Shown here: positions 50,250-62,104 of the stretch, in pieces
How the letters are laid out: every line of letters begins with the position of its first letter
How positions within the stretch are numbered: position 1 is the first letter of the stretch
Assembly (NCBI GenBank): GCA_001687465.1
Contig: LVLI01000196.1
Location: forward strand, 124,001 to 188,000
From: Halocafeteria seosinensis
Taxonomy: Eukaryota
Direction of reading: 5' to 3'
DNA length: 64,000 bases
Program-made: the position numbers and the translations under genes
The notes under the pieces: generated by a model
The model's input: only the letters and a program-made list of their open reading frames with translations
Databases searched by the model: none
What the model was told of the DNA's origin: nothing

Positions 50250-51977
50250 ATGGCGCACTTTACAGTGTATTCGGTCACGGGCTGCAAACATTGCCGGGCG
50301 GCCAAACATCTTCTCGCAGAACTCCAGAAAGACAACCCAGATATCCATGTCAGAAATGTGGACGTAAGCAATCGAAGAGAACTCAGGAGTGAGCTCAGTC
50401 AAGCACTTGGAAAAAACTACATGACAGTCCCGCAAATCTTCTTGAATAAGCAGTATCTCGGAGGCAATTCAGAACTCCAGGTAGGTTGTTACTGGACTTA
50501 GAAATGCTTCGTTGAACTTGTCGACTTCCGAATTATTTGGCTCCCGTCCCTTTGCAATTTGCAGGAAAAGAACGAAGATGGTACGCTAAGTAGCCAAATT
50601 GAGGCAGCTTCGAACGAACAGTTTTCTTATGACTCATTTCCATATCCCTTACCGGAAGAGGATCAAGAGACTGAAGAATCGTCAGAAGTTGCCGTGAAGG
50701 AAGAAGAGTGGCTTGTAACGCTTTTGGCCAAGTGGATACTCAGCGAGACCATCGGAAACAAAAACGTGGATGAGGTGTCCTCTGATGGCATAGTTGAAAG
50801 GCAATTCCGGGAGTATCAACAAACGACCCAATCACTGTTCAATTCCCAGTCGGAGAGTACAGCTGTTCTACGGATGCTATTCCGCCGTGGAATACTCTGG
50901 AGCAAGAAGCAACAAGGCTTTGACGACATGAGTCAAAGGTGCAAAATGGCTTTTTTGGGGGATTATTTGCGTGGGGCTAGCATTTCTAAAGAGGATGCAA
51001 CTAGGATAACTGCATCATTCAAGGCTACTTTCCTTGACAGCAACGAAGGCGTCAACCATTCTGAAGAGTCAGAATCATCACATGCAAAGCAAATTGTATC
51101 CCCTGCATCAGCCGACGAAGAAAAACATCAGAAAGGAAAATGGGACGAAAGCGTGATGAATTTCGGCTATGTTGCTCGGGGGCCTTCAAGGGATGCATCA
51201 AGCGTATCCATCCAGATCCGGAAGGGGATCCTTGATATTTTTGACAGCTTCATGTCCGCTGAAGGGAACCTGGACTACGGTAGTATTCGGAACTCGAACG
51301 AGTTTGATCGGTTCAAGAAATTAACAGCAACCCTGCAGCTTCTAAATCTGGACAACCTCTCTGAGCAAGAGCTTATCGCGTTTTTTATCAACATTTACAA
51401 TGCTTTGGTAATTCATGGGTACATTCAATACGGAATTCCTACTAACACATTGAACAGAATCAGTTTTTTCGAAAACGTGTCATACAAAATCGGTCCTTAT
51501 GTTCTCTCACTGGGTGATATCGAGCACGGAGTTATGAGGAAGAACAGAACGGCGCCTTACTCTTTTTTCTCGCGGAAGCGTTTTAGTGGTAGCGACGTTC
51601 GGATGGACCTAGTGAATCAAATTTCGTTTGACCCGAGGGTACATTTTGCTTTAGTTTGTGGTGCTAAGAGTTGTCCACCCTTGAAAGTGTTTAGTGGTGA
51701 AAACCTGGATAGCGAGTTGAGTGAAGTCGGGAGGGCCTTCTTGAATGACAAGGATAATGTAGAATACGATCCGGCTACGCAGAAGCTCTACTTGAACCAA
51801 ATTTTCAATTGGTATCACAAGGATTTCGGCGAAAATGATGACGAGTTTCTTCGTTTCTTGCTTCAGTTTTTAAATCCGGATGACAAAAAGGCGGAGATCC
51901 AGGAAGCAGTAGACTCGAAAAAGAAAATTTCGATGAAATACAAGGAATATGATTGGGGAGTCAATGGCACTGAGTAA
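50250..51977 (+). CDS. Glutaredoxin (CKHC) - degenerate DEP-like - DUF547 protein, 2 exons
   Basis: GCKHC, TVPQIF..LGG; AFFINIYNALVIHG, DIEHGVMR, DPRVHFALVCGAKSCPP. Confidence 0.88.
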
Positions 51978-52344
51978 GGGTCAGAAGGCTGATATATTCA
52001 GTAGCGCCCTTGTCCGCGGTTGAACCGCATCGGTGGTATTGCACACTGATTCCTCGGAATTCAAAATATACAAGTAGTTTTGTACTTCACTTCTCATGCA
52101 TTTACCGTTTGGACCACTCTTGGGTGAATCACCCAGGGCGATGGAACTTCATTGAAGTTGCCCATTCAAATCCGGAGACTCCGAGCGCGCCCCAGCAGTA
52201 CATTGGCGCATTAAGTTGTTTGATGTTTGTCATTTCCGATCTCAAAGACGATAAGTTGAATCAACACACTGTATCTCAGCGGGGAAAGGGGCTAGCCAGC
52301 AAGAAACCCAGGGCTTGGCTGATATAAACTGTGGAGTACGTACA

Positions 52345-53555
52345 ATGGACGCATTTGAAATCCACGAAAATAACGATTTTACGACATCTGAGGATTTCTA
52401 TACGGAATACAACGACAGCGTCAACCTTCAGAGGCCTATCAAAAGACCGAGTGGTCGAAATTGGAGGTTTAGCAGGGCATGCATCCGAGCAGACGGATCT
52501 TGCCTGGTGATATACCGACTGAATTGGGAACGACACACAGCCTACAGCAATGACAGAGTTAGTGGTCTACTTATCTCAGAAGACGGCTCTACGATGCTGT
52601 TGCAGTCTGGGATACATTCTTCCCAATGCTTCCTACGCGAGGGGGTTCCGAGGCATTGGAAAACGCGTTTAGAGATTGCGGATGTTGCTCACGAGTTTCT
52701 GGACGAGACGCTTCGGTCACGACAGCTAAGACAGACAGCTGATCATAGGTACCGGCTTGAAACTTTTGGCCGAAAGCATGTGCCCCATGAGGCTCCAGAG
52801 ATCCTCAAGGAGTTTTGTCGGGCAGAACACCTGTGTCAAACTCCGGATTACACTAATGTTATCGGAATCCTGCTTCCGGAAGCGGTAATCCTTGCAACCA
52901 CCCCAATCGTACGACAAGGCACCGTACTGTACAATTGGCTCGGGACAGCATTGGGTCAAAAAGCTGCTCTAGGAAAATTAGGAGATATCATTGGAGCTAT
53001 TTCTACTGTCAAAAACTGGTGGCTTCACCTCTCAGATTTCCTCTCCTTTGAGAGGGTAGACGTGTTGAAGAAGTACCACATTCGGAGTTTCGCCCTTCAA
53101 GAACCATACTTGTATACAGAAACCTTACTCCAACAATGTGAGCGCGACCCACCTGACAGCTTTTGCTCGTTCTATTTACCGTCTTTGGATCTATGGAAGA
53201 TGAACAGGTACGACAGTATAAACCAATATCATTCCGATGCTGATATTGACATGTGAATGACCGCAGATACCTTGCAAATGCCGTTTTGTTGGGACATCTA
53301 TTAAACAAGCATATCAGCAAAGTACATGAAACGACGTACATGTCTGCACCACCAACACAACCTCCAGAAAATTCGTATGCCGAAGGAAGGAGGGTCGCCA
53401 TCTCATCGAGAGACCCGGCGTGGCACCCTCATGTTATAAAAGAGAGACTTGAGGAAGAGGGTAGACAACTTCATCGTCGTAGACAATTACTAAACCGTGC
53501 AAACGCCCAGATATCTAGCAGTAAATGCTTCTTGCTTACGTTATCTCGATCATGA
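52345..53555 (+). CDS. Hypothetical protein, at least 2 exons; 3' end uncertain
   Basis: ~290-codon ORF joined in frame to the next ORF by a GTACG..CGCAG intron near 53207-53265; no family recognised. Confidence 0.5.
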
Positions 53556-54219
53556 GTTAGGAGGAACTACAACTTAGAAACAAGACTGGTCACTCGGAAG
53601 TTCATGACTGTATCTCTATGAGTTGTACGCTGAAGACATACCATTAGCACTCTCACTAGTATTATGGAATCGCGATACCATGGTAATCAGTTTTCATGAG
53701 GAGCGGCTTTCAGTTGTACTCCACCATGATTGATTAGTGGTACACTTGTACAATTGTACAACTACTTGTACCCTCGGTACCCTTTATCAGTACCACGTAA
53801 AGTTTGAGACCCCCCGGGAATGAGGCCACAGTCTCAGTCCGTCATGTTTTAGCGCTTTCAGAGTGGGTAAATGATTCATTTGCGATAATATACACTAAGA
53901 AAATACTAGCTTCTTGTGCGCAGTTGGACTTATTCCGTTTCAAATCTTCGGATACAGCAAACAAAAGTTGGACTAGTTTCGGCCAGAGGCATTGGTAGTC
54001 CGAGCCTCCCAGCTGGTTTAATTGTAGGACGTCAGATTTTCCTCTCTCTTTGTGCAATGAATAGAGATTAGCTTTATTTGTTCGTGCATAGAGTGTGGTT
54101 GGGAAATCTGGGAGGTGCTGGCCGGTTATCATTTGCATTGACCTGACCCAATCTCTTGTGAGGTCCTGGCAGAATTTAGAGCTGCGTGTTACCGTTTCGA
54201 TCGCAACAAAGAACTGAAA

Positions 54220-57200
54220 ATGGATAAATTCAGCTATAGTTCTGCTCCTGTAAACCCTGTGAGGGCAGTACAATTTAGTGTATTAAGCCCCGAGGAGATT
54301 GTAAGTGCAAGGAAACGACAAAAAGGGTCCCAGCGTCTGTTCCCCCTACGGCTCTCCCGACGGGTACACCCTAGGGGTCCCTGGTGTTCCCCTGTATGTA
54401 CTAAAATTTCACGAAGTTGTGTTCATGATGATATGTACAGAAGCAAATGTCAGTATGCCAAATCACTAAGCCTCAGACGCATAGTGCAACAGGCGAACCA
54501 GTTGAGAATGGTCTTCATGATGCCCGATTAGGCGACATTGAACGTGGGAACGAGGAGAATCCTGGGTACTTCGGTCACATCGAGGTACGATGCAAATCCA
54601 AATTATCATTGAGAAATATCCGCTCGTAATTGACGGTTTTGCTTGCCCTACACAGTTGGCAAGCGCCGTATGGCATATCGGCTTCATGAACGAGGTTTAC
54701 AAGCTCTCGCAATGTGTGTGCTGGAATTGTTCGAAAATCCTTTGTGATACGGTAAGCTAGCAAATTAAAAAATAATTAGTAGAAGTTTAGCACGAAGGAA
54801 CATGCTTGTGACTTGTATGGGTGAAATGTACAGACTTCGGAAGAAGTTCGACATATACAAAGAAAATTCAAAGGAAAGAAGAGACTTAAAGCTATGATGG
54901 ATATCTGCAAGTCACGGCCGAAAAAATGCCGAGGAAACGACGAAGACAGAGAACGGCAGGTGTCTGTTAAAGACAGCACGGGCAGAAGGCTTTCCTCTCT
55001 TCAAGGTACCGGATGTAACGCTCCACAACCGAAGCATCGTAAAGACGGGCTGAGAATCCTTCGGGAATTTAGTGCCGATGATGACGTGCAAGGCATCGCA
55101 GATCGAAAGCAGGAATTATCTCCGCAAGCTGCATTTAATTTGTTCAAGAACATTTCCGCTGAAAATGCCGTCTTGTTAGGGTTCAATCCTCGTTGCACTC
55201 GGCCAGAATGGTTGATTTGGACTGTGCTACCAGTCCCTCCACCTCATGTTCGTCCGAGTGTAGCCTTTGATTCCGCCACTCGGGCGCAAGATGACTTGAC
55301 GCATGTGTATGCCAACATCGTGAAAGTGAACAACGCGCTGGCAAACGCCCAAAGAGCGGGCCAAGCGGAGCCTGTAATTCGGGAACACGAAAAACTTCTT
55401 CAATATCACTGCGCGACCCTAATCGATAACGCCCTTGCAGGCCAGCCTCAGTCCACTCAGAAGAGCGGAAAGCCCCTGAAGACCATTCGTGAACGTATTG
55501 TTGGTAAGGCAGGACGAATCCGCGGGAATCTTATGGGGAAGCGTGTTGACTTTTCTGCCCGGTCGGTCATCACTCCCGATCCTACTATCTCAATCCACGA
55601 GGTGGGAGTACCGTTAAGTGTGGCATGCACGTTAACCATTCCAGAGAGAGTTAATCGATACAATCGTGCACGTCTTCAAGAGTTCGTTGACCGTGGTCCC
55701 GATAATCACCCTGGAGCTAAATACATCATTCGCGAAGATGGGAAGAGGTTTGATCTTGCGTTCGTGCAAAGTCGCAATGATCTGCTTTTGCGTGATGGTT
55801 GGACAGTGGAACGCCACCTTGTAAACGGGGACTACGTGCTTTTCAACCGACAGCCAAGTCTGCATAAGATGTCCATTATGTGCCACCGTGTGAGAGTGCT
55901 AGGGTACAGCACCTTCCGTCTGAACCTAACATGCACAACGCCTTATAATGCGGACTTTGATGGTGATGAGATGAATCTGCACGCGCTACAGACTCTGCCC
56001 GCTATTGCGGAAGCTTCAGAATTAATGGCTTCTCCTGAACTGATTGTTTCTGCCCAAGGGAATAAACCTGTGATGGGGATTGTTCAAGACACCTTGTTGG
56101 GTAGTCAGAAACTGTCACGCCGGGATACATTTCTGGAAAAAGACATGGTAATGAACATGTTGATGTACCTTGGTGATCAGTGGGACGGCAAGATTCCTGC
56201 TCCGGCGGTAATGCTTCCGCAAAAGGATGAAAATGGCAAGACTCAGCCCCCAAAGGTGTGGTGGACTGGAAAGCAGCTCCTTTCCGTCATTATCCCTGAC
56301 ATAAACTTAAACCGGAAAAGCCAAAAAGCTCCACAGCAAAGTGGTTGGAAGCTCAACCAAATTTGGCCTGACGATACTCATGTTTGTATTGAAAGAGGGG
56401 CGCTGCTGACTGGAATGCTCGATAAGGCCACGTTGGGCCAAAAGTCGGGAGGTATTATTCACATCATCATGAATGACGCTTCCCCAAGAGCGTGTCAAGA
56501 CTTTGTTGATATGCTACAGTTACTTGTTAACTACTGGCTTCAAAACCGCGGGTTCTCTGTGGGCATTGGGGACTCAGAAGCCCCTGCTGAAACGATGAAA
56601 AAGATTTCTAGGACAATTTCTGATGCTCAAGAGTCTGTCAAAAACCTAGTTTACAAGGCTCAGGCAGGGCAGTTGGAGCGCAAACCTGGGCAAAGCATGT
56701 ACCAGACCTTCGAAGCACTCGTAAACAGGTGTTTACATGAAGCACGTGAAACAACTGGTAACCACGCTGTTGCTGCCTTAGATGAAGACAACAATGTTAT
56801 ATCGATGGCGAGCGCCGGGTCTAAAGGTACTGTTATTAACATTTCGCAGATCATTGCATGTGTAGGCCAGCAGAACGTAGAGGGGAAGCGTATATCGTAC
56901 GGCTTTCAGGAGAGAACTCTCCCGCATTTCGGAAAATGTGATGTAGGTCCCCAAAGCCGCGGGTTTGTGGAGAACAGTTACCTGAAAGGCCTTACTGCCG
57001 CGGAATTCTTTTTCCATATGATGGCAGGCCGTGAAGGTCTCATTGATACCGCTGTAAAGACTGCTTCTACAGGATATATCCAGCGACGCCTTATTAAAGC
57101 AATGGAGGACTTATGCGTGCGGTACGATGGGACCGTCAGAAACAGCATGGGTGAAATCGTTCAATTTCTTTACGGAGAAGATGGTATGGATGGTCGGTGG

Positions 57201-60140
57201 GTAGAAGACCAGCATTTGCCATCTTGGAAGATGAATCGGGTAGAACTTGAAAGGGCGTACAAATGGGATCCGGATAGCCCTGATTTTGGCCGTCTGCAAG
57301 GCACCCGCCATCAATTCATGCATCCTGAGGTAATCGAAGATGTCAAGACGAATATGGCCGTCCGCGAAGAACTTGAAGAAGAATACCAACGAATCGTGGA
57401 GGACCGTTATATTTTATATCAGGTACTGCAGCAGCTTAACAAGATTGAAGCAGATTCCCTGCCTCTTCCGATTCACATTGGACGTCTTCTACAGAATGCA
57501 CAGAAGAAATTTAGAATTGATGTCAGCAATGGTGTCTCTGACTTACATCCGGTAGAGGTATACAGAGAAATTAAGAGTCTAACTGAACGACTCATTGTCG
57601 TTCGAGGAAAAGACCGGTTGGCGCAAGAAGCCCAGGAGAATGCAACAGCCTTGCTTCGGGTACTGCTCCGATCAACTATGTCGAGTAAACGTGTGATACA
57701 ACGCGAGCGTCTCTCTAGGAGTTCCTTCGACTGGGTCGTTGGAGAAATCGAAAGCAAGTTTGCAGAAGCTAAGGCAGCGGCTGGAGAAATGTGTGGTGTA
57801 GTTGCAGCTCAATCCATCGGAGAGCCAGCGACTCAGATGACGCTAAATACTTTCCATTTTGCCGGGGTTGGTTCCAAGAACGTTACTCTAGGTGTACCAC
57901 GTTTGGAAGAGTTGATAAACGTTGCCAAGAAGATAAAGACTCCTTCGATTTCGTTCTTAGCCAGTGCTACGGAGACAAGGGATGAGGGTAAAGCGGAGTC
58001 CCAATACAACCAGCTGATGCCCAAGATTGAGTACACCACTCTTGGCAACCTCGTTGAGGAGACTGCAATATACTACGACCCTGACCCTACCACTACGATT
58101 ATCGAGGAAGATCGAGAGTGGGTCGAGTTGGAGGCAAGCTTGAGTGAACGAGGGACCGAATCATTGAGTCAAACCTTGAGTCCTTGGGTGCTGCGAATGG
58201 TGCTCAGTCGGTCCGCAATGACGCGCAAGTTCGTGAAGTTTGCAGAAATCCACCGGGCGATAACTGAATGGATTGGAGACAGCCTTCATGTTGTATACAA
58301 TGACGACAATGCTTTCGTCCCAACTTTAAGGATTCGTGTTGACCAAATTTCCGATCTTGAGCGTTCCGTAGGGGAAGGGGGCTCCGGTGAAGACCCTGCC
58401 GAAGAACATGAAACGCTTTTGAAGGATTTAGAGTCACTACTGCTTTATGATGTAAAAATTCGTGGCATCCGCAACATTAACAGGTTGTATCACAGAGAAG
58501 GTTCGAAACATGTGTGGGCGCATGAGCGAGGATTGGTCCCGCTCAAGACCGGTCCAACGGTGTTTGATACCGACGGATCCAACCTACGAGAGATCCTTGC
58601 CAATCCTCTCGTTGACTATCCATCGGCCATGTCGAATGATGTAGTTGAAGTACTCGAGGTCCTGGGTATCGAGGCTTGCCGGGCAACTCTGCTGCGGGAG
58701 ATTAGGAATGTGATCCAATTTGATGGCGCATACGTGAACTATAGACATTTAGCAATCTTGGTCGATGTAATGACTTTCCGCGGATATCTCACGGCGATTA
58801 CACGTCATGGGATCAATCGCGTAGAGACAGGGGCTTTGCAACGCTCCAGCTTTGAAGAGACGTGCGAAATTTTGAATGATGCGGCCATGTTCGCTGAACG
58901 TGATCCCATGAGTGGCGTTTCCGAAAGCGTGATGCTGGGACAGCTTGCCCCGATTGGTACTGGTCACTTCGATATCATGCTGGACGAAGAACAGTTGAAG
59001 TATGCGGTAGCGACTTCCAGCATTGATCAACAGTTTGACCCATCCGTCATCGGCGGCGGACATGAAGAAAGCAATTACATTATGACACCGCAATCACCTG
59101 ATGATGTTGCTGAGTTCACTGCGGCTGGCACCCCAATCGGCTTAGCATCTGATGCGCAATTCTCGAGTCATACCGCTGAGCAGTCTGGCATGTCGCCTGG
59201 TGGACAATTTTCGAATTACAGCCCCAGCTATGATAGTGATATTGGACTTTCTCCTCGTCATGTACCTCAAACACCGGAATACGATGGGAGCCAAACTCCA
59301 TCTCACGCTGCAGGATACAGTCCTACCTCACCTGCTTATTCCCCGACTTCGCCGGCATACTCGCCCACCTCACCTGCATACTCCCCGACTAGTCCAGCTT
59401 ACAGCCCCACGTCTCCCAACGTGGAAGGAGGAAAGGGTTCCCCTGCATATTCTCCGACGTCACCCCAACACAGTCCAACGTCGCCTCAGTATAGTCCGAC
59501 TTCTCCTCAATACAGTCCAACATCTCCTCAGTACAGTCCGACTTCCCCGCAGTACAGCCCTACCTCCCCTGGAGGCGGAAACCAGGGAAGCTCTCCAAAT
59601 TACAGTCCGACTTCACCGCAATATAGCCCGTCGTCTCCCCAGTATAGTCCAAGTTCGCCTCAATACAGCCCCAGCTCTCCCCAGTACAGCCCCTCGTCGC
59701 CACAGTACAGTCCGAGCTCGCCGCAGTATAGCCCAAGTTCACCGCAGTACAGCCCGAGTTCGCCACAGTATAGCCCGAGTTCGCCACAGTATAGCCCAAG
59801 TTCACCGCAGTACAGCCCGAGCTCCCCGCAGTACAGTCCTAGTTCGCCCCAGTACAGTCCGAGCTCTCCGCAATACAGTCCAAGCTCCCCTCAATACAGC
59901 CCAAGCTCGCCTCAATACAGCCCAACGTCGCCGCAGTATAGCCCCACGTCGCCTCAGTACAGCCCGTCATCGCCTCAATACAGCCCTTCGTCACCTCAAT
60001 ACAGTCCTACGTCGCCGCAGTACAGCCCTTCGTCGCCGCAATACAGTCCTTCGTCTCCTCAGTATAGTCCGTCGTCTCCACAATACAGCCCATCGTCTAC
60101 TGAGCAAGATGGAAGCCCCCGGGAACCAGGCCATAATTAA
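54220..60140 (+). CDS. RPB1: RNA polymerase II largest subunit, 4 exons
   Basis: GNLMGKRVDFSAR, NADFDGDEMN, EPATQMTLNTFH, heptad CTD. Confidence 0.99.
59316..60104 (+). repeat. RPB1 CTD: 35 heptads in blocks of 5, 6 and 24
   Basis: YSPTSPA, YSPTSPQ and YSPSSPQ units counted from the translation. Confidence 0.95.
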
Positions 60141-60763
60141 TGTCGGCTTCAGAGGTTTTGGCGTAAGCATGTGCTGCAAGTGTTAATCATTTTTCGCAAG
60201 ACAGGATAGCCTCTCCCGAGTTACGTGAGCTCAAGGACTTCCACCGAAAGCGCTGGTGCATAGCAACCGCATAATAAGCCTTCCTCCGAATGAATGATTA
60301 CAACACTATCGCGTTCCTGGGGTACACGTTCGTGCATCCATGTTAAAGCTTCCTTCTCTTGTTCCTGTGCCAGTTTGCGTCGTATCCTTGTGCTACGGTC
60401 CGTGTTTGTCTCGTTTTCCGCACCTCGCTTGAAATGCCGCTATGGGTGCGTTCATGCCCACAATGGACCCCACATGATGAGCATATTTTAGTATTGATCT
60501 TTATTGTGTATTGTCCATCCCCGTATATGGTGTGGTTGAGTCTATACGAGTAGAAGGAGGTGTATTTGGCAATCCCTTTGAGTTTTCGTTTTCGGGTGGT
60601 ATCGAGGAAAAAGTTGGGCGAGTATATACAGCCCTTTCAGCGTCTTTTTTCGCCTCCTTGTTTCTTCATACAGCACTGAATCATTCAGACTACTCCTCGG
60701 TAGAGTTTTGGCTTGAGTTTGTGCACAGTGATCGATACAACAAAGAAAGAAAGACAGTCCAAA

Positions 60764-61633
60764 ATGTCCAGAGAAGATGACCATGATTACTTATTTAAGA
60801 TTGTCCTCATCGGTACGTCTATATGCCCTTGTTACAGACTGGAGCGGGTGCAATTACGCGTATTTTTACCTATATGGTTGTGGTTCCTGCTACAGGGGAT
60901 TCTGGCGTGGGGAAATCCAATTTGCTCTCCCGCTTCACCCGCAACGAATTCAATTTAGAGTCCAAAGCTACCATTGGAGTCGAATTCGCCACCAAAACAG
61001 TCGAAATCGATGGGAAAATCATCAAAGCACAGATCTGGGATACAGCAGGACAGGAACGGTACAGAGCCATCACAAGCGCGTAAGTGATTTTGTTTTGGTT
61101 CCCCTGCTGTTAATGGGGGTATGTCTCATGCTTGACGTTCTTCATTCAGATACTACCGTGGAGCTGTGGGCGCCCTTCTAGTGTATGACATTTCTAATCA
61201 TGAAACCTTCCGAAATGTTGAGCGCTGGCTACGCGAACTGCGGGATCACGCTGATCTTAAGATTGTTATTATGCTAGTGGGCAACAAGAGTGATTTGCGT
61301 CACCAAAGAGCTGTGCCCACTGATGAGGCCTTAGAATTTGCAGAGAAGCATGATCTGGCATTTATAGAGACATCTGCTTTAGATGCTGGCGGAGTAGAAA
61401 CAGCTTTTTTGAACATTCTATCTGGTAAGTTCTCGACGCTGCTTGCATCGTCCAGTTTTTTACTTCATAGTTTGAGAATACTTTTCTTCAACACGACAGA
61501 GATATATCGATTGGTGAGCACGAAAAAAGCAACAGAAAATGAAGGATCGGCCGTGGTTCCTGGCAAAACAATTGCATTACAACAAAATCAGTCCGGAGGG
61601 GCCGATGATAACAAGGGGTGTTGCAAATCGTAG
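60764..61633 (+). CDS. RAB11: Rab11 GTPase, 4 exons
   Basis: [57 protein letters not shown]-terminal CCKS. Confidence 0.97.
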
Positions 61634-62104
61634 ATTCCTCCAAGAAATCACGTACTGCTCCGACGTCTTTTGCGTTAATTGTATTCTGCGAATGACGATA
61701 TTTATTTGTTTGTGCATTTACTCCACTGTTTGTGCTTTCTCTGGATAATCAATACCAGCATTATACCACCACATTCTTCTTTGTTTGCGAAACCCAGCGG
61801 AGCTCAGTTTTCTTCCTTCTGTTGCCGGAATTCACCAGCATTGTTTTACATTCATTTGCTGTTGGAGATTGTCTTCCTACAGGCTTCCACAATCTCGTAG
61901 GTACTATGTAGTTCCGTTGCATAAACGCGGGATTCCGGTCGAAAGCTGCTGCGACCACCGCTTCGGCGCCAAAAAACTCGAAGCGGTGGTTAACTTAGGT
62001 AACCAAGTGAATTGAAACGGAAGTACAGTAATCTTTGTTAGTTTCTATAGTTTGTCTCCACACCTGCACGACGCACTAGTAGTGGTCGTCCGTGAGAGGT
62101 GTCC

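Noticed and set aside
49608..50435. 275-aa minus-strand ORF extending into the glutaredoxin gene
   Set aside because: Only the part from ATG 49943 belongs to the hydroxylase; the upstream part is antisense to another gene and spans the promoter.
59152..60186. 344-aa overlapping ORF and antisense ORFs over the RPB1 C-terminus
   Set aside because: Shadow frames of the stop-poor CTD repeat.
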